Source of the DNA: Basidiobolus meristosporus CBS 931.73
Lineage: Eukaryota > Fungi > Basidiobolomycota
NCBI GenBank assembly: GCA_002104905.1
Contig: MCFE01000488.1
Span: forward strand, 3,641-67,640
Direction of reading: 5' to 3'
DNA: 64,000 nt
A program made the translations under genes and the position numbers. This document shows, in pieces, positions 1-11,813 of this stretch. Every line of letters begins with the position of its first letter. Positions within the stretch are counted from its first letter, which is position 1. Below the pieces are notes generated by a model, which saw only the letters and a list, made by a program, of their open reading frames with translations, had not been told where the DNA came from and ran no database searches.

Positions 1-866
1 TGCGGTAACATTGAAGGCCAATGGTACAGCCTTAATATGAGGATCTTGGGGAGTATGCTTCGTGATATGGCAGTTTTCTGCCCCACAGAATTCTGGCCAT
101 GAATGGACTAAGTGTGTGTTGTGAGTGCACCACTTCCGGCCATAAATGTGAAGGCAAGTAGATGAAATCTCAGTGTGACGAGACAAGATGCAACTATGAT
201 TCTGGTCCTATTCATCCATTGTATCGGCTAATTATAAACATTTTGTCAGCGTGCATGCACCATGAAACTAGCCTCACACGATATCCATTGCGAGGGGAAT
301 TGTAGAACCAGATATCATTCCATAGGAATCCTTGCTACTTGGTACACTCGACGCTACGCTCCTGACGATCCCAGATTTCCCATAGAGTGGATAGTCAGAT
401 GAGCCCATTTCCAAAGCATTTCTGTAGCTCTGACTGTCGAAGCTATCCTGGCTGACTCCACTGCCCGCTGTCCTCTACAGTAAACTTCTCGGCCTTTGCA
501 CTCCAGCTGCGCCGGCCGCGTGGAGTGCTGACTAGGAGTAATTCGGTGGTATCGCACCAAGGATCTGAATGCTTCCGTTTGGTTGAGAACCCTAGGATGT
601 GGAGTTTGATTTGAAACGTCATAATACTTCTATGAATGGGTTCGTTTAGGATTGGCATTACTTCTCTTCCAATGATAGACACCGACTATTCAAAAAGTAA
701 TACAAACGAAATACCGGTTCTAGGATATAGTATTACCCATCTGCGTCGATTGAAATAATGGAAGGCATTGAGAACTTTAATATTCATTAATGAAATACAT
801 CGTCAAAAAAGAGAATAGAAGATATAGGGTTTAAAATAGAATGTCGGCTTTTGGCAAATAAAAACA

Positions 867-2516
867 CTATCGCGAGTAGGGATGGTATCCATGGCGTGAT
901 GAATGGCCATTAGGAGCATTATGTTGGCTAGGGTTCCTTTGGGAAGATGGTGGAGGGCCGCGCATAGCACCTGAGCCACGAGAAGTACGACTGGATTCAT
1001 TTGAGTACTCTTCGTCACGGTAACCAGAACCTCTACTCTCGCCATAGTTTTCGTAGCCTTGTGGCTGTCCGTACCAACCGCTGCTTCTGCCCACATCGGA
1101 CTGACCATAATTGCTGTAGCCCCGATTGTAGTATCCGGCCATTGATGGATCATATCCTCTAGGATAGCTGCCGTAGCCACCGTAGTTGTAGTTGCTTTCA
1201 TAACCTCCGTACATACCACCATATCCGTAGCCCATGTTTCCCCTACTGGTTCCACCATAGCGGTCGTAAGCATCACCTCTATTGCTACCTCTACTGCCAT
1301 AACCGTAGCGACCTTGGTCATAGCCACCCCTTCCTCCCCGAGAAGAGGCCATAGAGCGACCGCCTCCTTGGTACATATCTTGTCCGTTCCGACCAGGCGT
1401 TTTATGCTTTGGCATGGCACGTTTTACCTCGACCTAATACTTAGCGTTAGTGATGAGAAATTTAGTGTTGCCTTTACACCAACAATACCATTTTCCCTTG
1501 GATGGCAAGATCGGGGCGTTGTAGTGATCTGTCGACACCATCTGAGGATTCAAAGGTAATGAAGCCGAACCCGCGGGGGCGCCCAGTTTCTCGATCCGTC
1601 ATGAGAGTCGCGTCAATTACTCGGCCAAATTGCTCGAAGAATGCCCTAAATTCATCCTCTTGTACCTCAGGCGCAATACCACCAACAAAAATTTTTTCGG
1701 TTTTTTCTTGCTCGTCTCGAGGAATTGCTCTCTTGGGATCCACCTTGAAGTGTAGATAGGGAATTTCGTCATGAAAATATACACTTTAGGCTTCAAAATC
1801 AAACGCACTAACCAATTTTCCATCTAGATGATGATCGCTTTTGAGCACTTCGTCAACTGCCCTTGGGTCTGCGAATGTTAAAAATCCAAAGCCTCGGGAC
1901 CTTCCAGTAGCCGAATCCCTCATAACAACGCAGTCGGTAATTTCTCCGTACTTCGAGAAGTATTCCTGAAGAGTGGCTATAATCAATGTTTAGATAAGTG
2001 ACGGTTGCAAATGGCAAGCAAGGAGAGAGTACCGTCTGAGGTTTCCCAGTTCAAGCCGCCAATAAATACTTTGCTAATAAATAAGAAAAGGGTTAGAAAT
2101 CCAAAAAGACTGTTTAGGTTTTGGTATAACGAATGAAGGGAAAAGAGCAGCGTGCTCTATCGATTTTAGATATTCACGCGATGACTATATGTGAAGTCGC
2201 TCTTTTGTGTCAAAGGACTACCATGATTCCTTCTCCAAAAAAGGTACAGCATATATAATAGAAAAACAAACAAGTGCACGTTAAAAAACTGAATATCTAC
2301 TTGCCCTTCATCAGCTGTATTGTCTAGGCTGGGACGAGACATCTGGCCATTAGGGTCGTGGTTTTCCTTATCATCATAATAATTTGTCTCCCTCAAATTT
2401 ACATGATTAAGGGAATACTGATGTTCACCCATGCCGGGCAAGTGGTTTGCTTCTTGGCCTGGATGGTAACCTTCTCCCGAATAATCGAGCTCGTTGCTGT
2501 ATGCCTCTTCAGCCAT
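867..2516 (-). CDS. HRP1: Two-RRM hnRNP A/B/D-type (Hrp1/Musashi-like) RNA-binding protein with Gly/Tyr/Arg-rich C-terminal tail; multi-exon
   Basis: Spliced translation gives [16 protein letters not shown] (exon 2033-2073), [10 protein letters not shown] (RRM1), KIFVGGI...[10 protein letters not shown] (RRM2), then VEVKRAMPK and the G/Y/R-rich ORF 867-1415. Exon 1 is 2305-2516 with a GC donor. Confidence 0.9.
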
Positions 2517-3559
2517 GTGATAACCAAATTTTCTATGACTGTTCTGAGTGTGATGGATAAACCTTTTTTACTTGAAGAGGAAGCTGTATATTAATTTCAA
2601 ACGCATGACTACTAGAATTCGCTATTGTCTACACTTCCGTTAAGCGAAGCGAATTTTAGATGTTATATAGAGGTAACTTTGAAAGACCTACACTAGTTGT
2701 CACTATTTTCTCCTAAACGTAAGCTCCTATCTGTAGAGTATGGGATTGATAAAGGATTCCCAAAGGAAAAGTCAACAATGTCAGAACAAGAGGATATATG
2801 ATAAAGGAAAGCAAGATCAATAACAGCAAAAATATACGGAATATTTATAACGTGTTGCCATGCAGAAAATATTATTCTGGGTGGTTTTATGATTTGGAAG
2901 CACGTCTTACCTAAAAACAAACGATATAGTCTAATTCTAACTGCGAAGGTGTTCAATATTATTCTTAACGAATTAACCCTAAAGTATCAAAAGGAAAATT
3001 TTATAAACAGAAGCTATACGTAGAACGACATGGCTCCGAGTATTCACATAGAGCAAATGTTATCACTAACTTATAACTGGCAACTAATTTAAGCAATTCG
3101 CTGAAAGTGAGTACGCGTAAGAATTAGAGGAGAGGTAAAGAGATAAAAGTAGTAACCAGATTGAAAAAAGAAGGTTTTTTTTTCATATCCTGTTCTAACA
3201 TCTGAATGGGTAGTGAACACTTTGTCAGCCCCAGGAATGTCCAATCATGGTTAAGATAAAAGTGTAGTAGAAATAGTATAAATCAATACATTCTTACGAG
3301 TATAAAAATTAATTTAGGCCATTTTGGTGTATGAATAGATGTCCGTATCGCCGCGAATTACCGATTGGCGAAAGACCTCTTGCCGGGGAACCACTGCATA
3401 TTTGGGGGTTGTGACAGTATTTGAACGGATAGAGCTACAAATGCGTATATATTTGCGCATCCAAACATCCCAGGCTTATGATGATTAGGATGAATCTAGG
3501 CACTTTAACGATGTTTCTTCGGAGTCGTGCAATACCTAAATGATAGAATGCAACGTAAC

Positions 3560-3800
3560 TTCTGTCAAAACTTCTGGGTCTTATGTGGAAAAGCCACAGT
3601 CTCAGCCCCCTTCTACATGCTGATTTAATTGTATTCCACCACTAAGATGTGCCAAGTGTAGTAGGTGTTTAATTTTGTAGCAGATTGTTCATATTTCGTG
3701 ACTCCATACTTGATACATATCTTCGAAATTAATTTGGACGCAAATTTCATTAAGGGCTTTTAGTCAATTTTGATGATTTGAGGAGAAGTTATGGAGACCA
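3560..3800 (-). pseudogene. Possible highly degraded retroelement integrase relic
   Basis: Minus-strand reading SPQIIKID*KPLMKFASKLISKICIKYGV loosely resembles the integrase core (P..I.SD.G.EF.S......C...GI). It contains a stop and lies next to an LTR relic. Weak. Confidence 0.25.
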
Positions 3801-3966
3801 AGTGGTGTACGTATCTTTCTACCGCATTTTACAACACACCGCGATACCTATTTCGCCAATGCTCTACAAGAAATATATAAACTTGAACTTAGTTCAATTA
3901 AATAACAGGTGAAAAGATACACTCAGCCTTATAAAGAATATCAAACTTGGATTACCTATGGTATTC

Positions 3967-4247
3967 TGTGTCAAGAGCCCTGGAGATATTAGAAGTGATT
4001 GGGAGAACAAGTAAATTATGTGGTTCTCTCTCAATGATTTATTGAATGTAAAAGTGGTATTTATACTTTTACTTTGCCTTGGAATATTTTACCACAATAT
4101 CAGGTACCCAGGGCATGAAAATTCTCAAAGTTGTCCATAAGCCCCCAAACTTTGCACGCATGTTCTTGGGACCTTCCTAAGCATACTGAAAGTGTTTATC
4201 TCGTTGACCAAATTGATAGAGTATTTAGGTATATTACAAAATTCACA
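3967..4247 (-). mobile_element. Diverged solo-LTR relic of the Copia family found at 54-64 kb, with an internally inverted middle block
   Basis: 3967-4082 matches the reverse complement of the LTR 3' part (TGGAGATATT.GAAGTGATTGGGAGAACAAGTA...GATTTATTGAATGTAAAAGT). About 4083-4186 matches the LTR middle in forward orientation (CAGGTACCCAG..CATGAAAATTCTCAAAGTTGTCC...CTTGGGACCTTCCT). TG...CA termini; no TSD seen. Confidence 0.75.
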
Positions 4248-7200
4248 GCCATATTATGCCGACATTCTGCTAGTCTTTGGTAGTTTTTTTCATAGGGCAA
4301 GTTATCAGCTGGAAAGTTAAAATTCATATACCTAAGGATAGGCTATATAGGCATGTATCATAATTATAATATATTACCGAATTCCTGCTGGTTAGGCTGC
4401 AGCATTGCAAGGGACAAAAACTGAAGGATGTTTTTGTATTTGTAAATTTGCAAGTCACTATAAAATTTGCAGAGCTAGAGAAAACCTATCGGAAATTTCA
4501 AAATTGGTTTTTTATTTTATTTTATTGACAGCATTCATGTTTTTAAATACAACCTTGCGATGGTATTCCACCGCAAATATAGGAATAAGTATAGTATAGT
4601 TCATTACTCTCAGAAAGCTAGAAACTAGAGTTGAAACTTTGCCTAGGAAGAGCATGTACCTTATGAAAAATCTCATACTTGAATTTCATACAATATTTAT
4701 CTGGTTTTCCGCTGGTATTACGCTGGTATTTTTCCTTTAATTTTTTTAGTTGTAAATAATTGCGGAGCATTGTAAGTTCTTGAGAAGGCTGGAAGAATGT
4801 ATAATGCTTATATTTGGCTCCTAATCCTAATTGTTGGAGAACTGTGATCCAAGCTGGATTTTTGGTGATTTTTTTTGGTATTCCAATGGTGTTCAACAGG
4901 AATTTCTTATCAGGAAAAGTGTAGTCAGTGGCAAAGCATATTTCTGGTATCTATAGACTGGTATAGAGTTATGAGAAAGCCTCGTAAAACAAGTATGGTA
5001 ATATGGAAGGTGTTGAGTGTTAGATTTATTTACTATTTTGCAAGTGTGACTTTCTACCGCTTCCACAATCCTGGAGATTTATTCAAGAGTATACTGAATA
5101 AGTTATAATAATGGGCCACAAATATAAATACCACAAATAGCGAATATACTATCCTGATAAATCATCTCACCCGAAATATTTTTATATATATACCTTGCTC
5201 GCGACATTAAGAGGTGCGCCTAAAAAGAGGCCTACAGATTGCTTTTGGGCAAAATAGCTATAAGCAATCTTGCACTTGGCTAGATCCTTCAAAGCACCAA
5301 TAGGATGTTCACATCGGTAACCTTCTCCGCACAAATAAGCACTGAATCAAGTCACATAAACCATTTGACAACTGGTGGTCTTCGATTACATTTCCTCAAT
5401 CCATCAATATTTTGTTTGGTATTAATCGAAATCCTAAATGCTTCGATATAGAAAGTATTGCTAAATGCTTCAGAGACTAGCTAGTAACACTACTGTCGAT
5501 CACATATGGACATACAAGCACCTACGGTTATACATTTATATGCCTGATGCTACGACAAATTCAGTACTAAACTCTGTAATGGCCATTGTCCAGATAATTC
5601 CATTTTGTGGATAAATAGACCTATATTGGGTGTACTAATAATTAGATTTTGTTTGTCGTTATTTTGTGTGCTCTATGCAAGTGCCAACGACAATACCTAT
5701 GTTATGGCACCTTGTTATCACAGACCAACACTATAAGCCATCCCTGCATAGCCAGCCCCAGATTTTCAACAAGCCTAACAATGTCACTATGGTCGGATAG
5801 ATGCACCTCTCTGGATCAAATAGGTTGAAGATAAATCACCATATACTCTCACCTGGTGATTAAAATCGACACTGCAGCTATATCCTCAGTTGTTTGACTG
5901 CCACAATCGCTTTCCCCATTTGGAAACTTATTGTACATCTTATTTAATGGTGATCGTGACCTACTTCGGTTCAAAACATTGACCATTTGGACCACATCTA
6001 ATGGGCTTGCTAGCATTGAAATGATTAACACAGTTGCCACTCCCGAGGATGCTGAGCACTAGGAGCTTACTAGCAATGTGTACAAATTAATGATTTACTT
6101 GAACTCTGGGCTTTGTTGTATGGAGTGTGACTGATTCACGGTGAGGTGGCAGCAGGGCGATTGGTCAAGCGCTATAACATGATAACACAAAAGGGATCAT
6201 TTATTGATGGGCCGGGTGAAAGTTTCTGAGTCAACCTGGTCCAGATTACAACAACATGCATGCCATCTTCCAGAACGAATGGTTGGTGACACAATGTAGT
6301 ACATTCCTTGGGATCAGGAGTACTATCAAGTCAGTGGCTCAATTGAGCTATCACAAACTGGCGAGCATCCTGCAATTGTCCTTGGCTATATCTACGATAT
6401 CCGTATAAATAAGAATCCCCGGAAATTAGGGCCCGTGACTTTCATTACCAATCAGGTATAATATGAGGTTAGAGCTTTCAGATCAAAGTCATATCTCGTC
6501 TGAAGACGATCACATGGTGAGCTGAGACCTTATGGCTTTCGTGATCTGCTTCAATTTCTAGGGTGACGTGTTTATATGACATACTCCTGAGATTGAAAAC
6601 CGTGGGCAGATCACTGCGTTGATTGGACACCCAAGTTGGATCCACTTTTAATATAACGTGAAGTAGGGTAGCAGATATTAGCAAGGCTCATCTCAAGACA
6701 GTCACGGAGAGACCCGTGTAATGAAATTCCACCAGTGCCTTGATAGTACCATTGGCATGGTTGGCAAGTGTTCGGTTTGCCACCGACTGCAGTATGCTTT
6801 GAGCTGCTCATCTTATCAGAATTCATAAGTGGAGTAGAAGAAGCACTTGCATAAGCATCATAGGTTACCATATATTTGGCTTTATGTTTTATATTATCAA
6901 GTTATAATAATCTACTATATGGTGTTAGTGTACTATGCTTCATTTATAGAGTCATCATTACATGTGATACATCAGTTGAATAAAAAAAGTACACGGAATA
7001 TCTTTGTGATCAATATTTAAAACTCCCCACAGATATGGAACTACCGGCACCCAACCTGTTGGCCTCGATTGGATCTCAGGCAAGTCTAACTCTACAAATA
7101 ATTTAGCGATACCTGCAAGACCAAGCAATGCATATCGTTCTTGTCGTACAATTGACATATCTCTCCTAAAAGCTCTGTAAACAGCATGTCGTCAAGCATA

Positions 7201-8433
7201 TTCCAATGGGGGTGATGTATGTGGGAGAGCATTTCGCCTAAAGAAAATATGCAGTTGAAATACACGCAAATCAAATTACACTACTGTTGTTCAGGATGGT
7301 TGGTAATGGCGGATGTTGTTGCGAGCTCAGACCCTGCATCCCAAATCACGTTATTAGGGAGTATCCATTAAGCATGTTCTAAATTATATTATGAAGTTGC
7401 TTACCAGAATCAATCAAGTCTTGCCTTGAATACATGCATCTATTGCTTCCAGTTGCCTCGGCATAGAAACACATTCTGCCACAGACTTCAATTTACCTTG
7501 GGTGTCAACCTGATTAACTACGAAGGAGTATTTTCCTTGACTCACCCTTCAAGTAATGACCTCTAGTATGTGTATCTGAATATACTATGCATGAGAAAGA
7601 GCTCATACTGAACCCACACTATATTGAGGCTAGATTGTCGAAAGCACTACTGAAACGTTTCAAATCTTAAAATTGACTCTTCCAAGCTGCCTTGATAAGA
7701 AAGCGTGGATCGAGTTCGATTATATCAGTAGGTATCCAGGATTCAAATAACAGGCCCAGGTGATTGGCAGCCTCGACACATGGGCACCCTGGTTGCGGTG
7801 GGAAAGCAATAGAGTGGAGCTGGCTTGGTGCGACATTGTGGGTATCTGATCCAATCCTTGAAAGTCCCGCCTATACGTTGGTGTTTATTTTATTTCATTA
7901 TATCTTGGACTCCTGCAAATACTCATTCAAACGCTCCTGTGGCTTTCGGGATGGGGGCTGATCTAAATTAAGCACATACAGGATGTGGTTTATAAATATA
8001 TGCTTAGGTTTGCTTGCGAATTAATGGGATTATTGTATGCTGCCAGCCAATCACGGGCCAGTGGGATTTTTCAGCAACTTTATATAAGAGTCGCTCTCTC
8101 ATCACGCTATCTTTCTGTGCCGAAACTTCATTGTCATCTCCTACCTCCATTATTCTCATCACTGTCTATAATTTGGACATATTCCCCTCTAGTCAAAGAC
8201 AAACTGTACCTTTTCTTTCAAGTGTAAATTAACTCCTGGTACCTACTCTGGCGTACGTTTCGTTCTAAGGCATTCAAACTCCATACCGACTTAACCTGGG
8301 AGCCAACAACGAAACAACGTAATAGATTTATCGTTTGTTTACACTATCGTGGCGTCGAACACCGATATTTATGTCATTAAGATCAAACAACTCAAACACC
8401 TCATACTTTCCCGATAAAACATATTGAGTCACT

Positions 8434-9273
8434 ATGGAAAAATCCAAGTCCCAGAGGCACGCTTCGCCGCAAACTCCCAAATACAAAAACAATCGCCATC
8501 AGACTGGACGACAAATCCATAAATCTAAGGATTGTAGCTATCAAAAAAGGCCAGTACCCACTTCGATGAAGGCGTCGCGCTTTGATGGTACTGCAAAACC
8601 TTTTGACCACAGCCCTCCTCGTTCGCCTACTCCGAAAGTTCATTTTGGGCACCACAGTTCCTACAGCAGTCCCTATTCTTCCGATTCCGATTCCTTCGAA
8701 GCTACCACTCCTCCGCGAAATTCTTTTCTTGCAGAAAACGTTTATAGAAAGGCCAAGCATGATGTAAGTCCTAGAGGTGTTAGTCGCGAAACCACTCCTG
8801 AATTGATGTCTGAAGAGGAAGTATTTTTCAAGCGTTCCTCGCAACGCAATACTACAAAAGACCTCTATGCCGGTCCCACGTTCAGCAATGCGCCTACACC
8901 AGATGCACTTCCTGTACCGGCATTTGTGGACCGTACACCTCGCCCTCGAAATATTGTATATACGCTATCAACTTCAACTCATTCCCAAACTGAGCAGGGC
9001 CTCAATTTATCTCCCCAATTTTCTCCTAATGAATGCCTCGCGAAGTCGTATGAACCTGACAATGACCTCCGCCTTAGATCACAAAAGCTTCTTAACTTGT
9101 TGAACGGTGGAAATAATGAGCCTTCTCCAAAATCTCATTATCCGACTTCCAATTATTTAGGAGTGTACCCTCCACCAGGACAACAGTATCAACCATTTGG
9201 CTTTCCTTTTTATCAGGGTCTTGCTTCAGATTCATACATCTTCCCGGAATCGTCTGTCTATGTTCCCGCCTAA
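8434..9273 (+). CDS. Edc1/PNRC-type mRNA decapping activator (disordered, 279 aa, single exon)
   Basis: ORF is low-complexity and S/P-rich and contains YAGPTFSNAPTPDALPVPAF, i.e. the YAGxxF decapping-activation motif followed by the LPxP Dcp1-binding motif. Confidence 0.75.
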   Translation: MEKSKSQRHASPQTPKYKNNRHQTGRQIHKSKDCSYQKRPVPTSMKASRFDGTAKPFDHSPPRSPTPKVHFGHHSSYSSPYSSDSDSFEATTPPRNSFLAENVYRKAKHDVSPRGVSRETTPELMSEEEVFFKRSSQRNTTKDLYAGPTFSNAPTPDALPVPAFVDRTPRPRNIVYTLSTSTHSQTEQGLNLSPQFSPNECLAKSYEPDNDLRLRSQKLLNLLNGGNNEPSPKSHYPTSNYLGVYPPPGQQYQPFGFPFYQGLASDSYIFPESSVYVPA

Positions 9274-11813
9274 CAGATTCGCTAAGAGAAAATGTGTACA
9301 TACGAGCTCTCTTTCCGAATCTTGATTTTCCTCGATGCTATTTGCTACGTAACTATAGTACGCCTTTCACGGTTGTAACATTAGTTTGCCCACGTTAATT
9401 CCGAGTTTTAAACTCGTTTGTCGCTTGTTGTCCGTGCTCCATGAATGGTATTTGTTCAGCTTCCGATTCCTTTTCTTTCAGCCTTCGTACTGTGAGAGAA
9501 CAATCTGCATGCACCTGTCCCTCCCCACTCCTACAGTTTGAACATGTGGATAATTCCGTGTTCTTATTTCAGACCCACTTACTGGCATTTGCCACTGAAC
9601 CCCTATACACATTGATCCTGATGTGTATTTGATTTGATGATAAATTCACTAGTGAATTCCAATAACACGAGACTTTGTTTACGTTATTGAAAATATTTTT
9701 GATCAGCCGGGTGCAAAACCCATTATCCTACGATTGCCATTTGTACAAAGAATGCGAAACAGTGGAATAATTCATCACAACCCACGCAAAGATTCTAATG
9801 AATTTGTGTATCAAAATTCTACTGGCTAAAATTGTGGCTGACCAAAACCTAATGAGGATTAAGAAAATGAACGACTTGACACAGGGATTGAAAAGTGCCC
9901 TTGAAATATATATAGAACCTACTTCGGCATGAGTGCCATTAACAAGGTAATCAGCACTAAGATGAGGACGCAAGTGTGACCGCATGAATTGGTGCTCTAC
10001 AGCTATAAGTTCAGTAATACGGTCCAACCTACCCGTTTCACCATCCGCGTCTGTGAGTGGTCTATCCACTTTTATCTATTAGAGGATGTGCTGTGTCATC
10101 TCCTCATATGAGTTACACCGCTACTTCCTACATGGTACAAATACGAATAAACATACGATTATTTACACGCACTGATGCAGGAAAAGTTGGACCTTTTAAG
10201 CTAGGTTGAGATAGCAAGGTGTTTAGTGAGAGAGCAATTAAGCCACCATCATAGACTGGTTTAGGGTATGCGATTTTGGATGGAATCAGCATTTTAGGGT
10301 TTGGTTGAATTGGAACTTTGGTCAGATCTACGCTTGAAAGGTAAATGAATCAATCTCTGCGTAGCGCCTAGCCGCAAGATTATGGTGTAAAGTTGGATAT
10401 TCACACTGTTTGATCCGGACTTCTCACATAGAAGATGTTTCATTGTCTAACAACAGCAGAGCAAAGTAAAGGAGGCCATTACCTCTGGAGAGGCCTAGAT
10501 ATGTGGCACAGTCTAACCGAGCGATGCTTATCGCTCAGAAAGCGCCACTGGAATCTGACAGAACTATGGGGCTAAATGGCACTCATCAAGTGAAATCTAG
10601 GCCTATCGACATACTCTACATCTATACTGTATAAATATCTGAGGTACCTACCAATTATACAGCCTACCAAATCGCCACCGACTTTCCCATCATGGTGAGA
10701 CTCAAATGACACAGTTCGTTAGATGAAACACCGAAGATTAGATACACGTATTCCGAAGGCTGAGTGATGACTCGAATATATATTTTACCAACGACGATGG
10801 AAATAAATATACCTGGAGTGGCACAAACTAATTGTGGGACAGCAGCTTCGTTGGGGCAAAGGTCGATTTAGTGTCATCCAAGGATTGGTTCAAGTCTACT
10901 CTTAGGTCTGCTGGACAAATCACTTCCTTCGCTCATGACCAAAGTAGTCTTTCCGACCTGATCCTGAAAAGACTCGCTGGCCACTGGGGCATTTATAGGC
11001 TTACCTTCCATTAACTCTAATTCTGAGAAGGTAGCCATCGGCCATAGTTAGTTGTCTTCCATCTCTCTTAGTAACTTGGTACCGTAAATTACCAAATTTG
11101 TACACGAATTGACTTGCGATGCTGTAGGATTGGTGATCTACTCATCAGACCTATGGTTATTCACTAATAATATCACTGGTAACAGTTGACTGGAATCTGC
11201 GCCATTTCTGACGATGGTAGTTCATATCAAGTAGGGAACCGACGAGTCAACCTTAAACTCCTATATCGACCGTGGTACCTAGCTCATTACTATAGGATTA
11301 ATTAAGCCTTCGATAATTGGCTGCAGCGCGCCGAATCTACAACTTGATTGGGAACTGCAATTGAATCACCCCTGGCAGGAATGTAATATATTTAAATCTC
11401 CTGGAATATATAAAATTTGGCTACCATGTCTGATGATGCGATCGAAGCACTTTCCTGCTGATCTAAGAATATTGTCAAGTGGTGATGCTAGTAACCTAGT
11501 AACCCAATGTAGTCCACTACATCGATCATTATAAATTACTAACTTGATCCTTAATATTTCCAAAATGGCATCTCTTTGGACAAGTATATGACATTGTACA
11601 GAGTAATGACATGCGCCTATGATAGCTTTAAATCGATAATTATAGGTATTTAATTAACTCGGTTACTGGCATGTTGGCTCGGGCAATATAAATGGCTCCT
11701 ATGTCCTTGGAAGTCAAACTAGCTTGTCCTTAAATCATTGACCGAAGTCCATTTGTTCGTTACCCATCAATATAATACCCAAACTGAGCACTCCTTTCTA
11801 AAAGCAATTTGCA

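Noticed and set aside
354-682. Minus-strand ORFs with faint integrase-like words (KHSD, HRITPS)
   Set aside because: The motifs are in different frames with wrong spacing and there is no other support.
4405-5108. AT-rich short ORFs next to the LTR relic, possibly Copia internal remnants
   Set aside because: No unambiguous motif (no WHxRxGH or YVDD) could be read.
5641-7670. Possible ancient foldback relic (ATT|AGATTTTG at 5641; GCACTA...CAAATCT near 7665)
   Set aside because: Similarity is limited to a few short words; it needs an alignment against a family consensus.
9728-10069. 113-aa GTG-start ORF that reads protein-like
   Set aside because: No ATG, splice support or recognisable motif.
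11100-11563. Possible LINE endonuclease relic (ILYIPGDLN, downstream DH)
   Set aside because: A single short motif in stop-riddled sequence could be chance.
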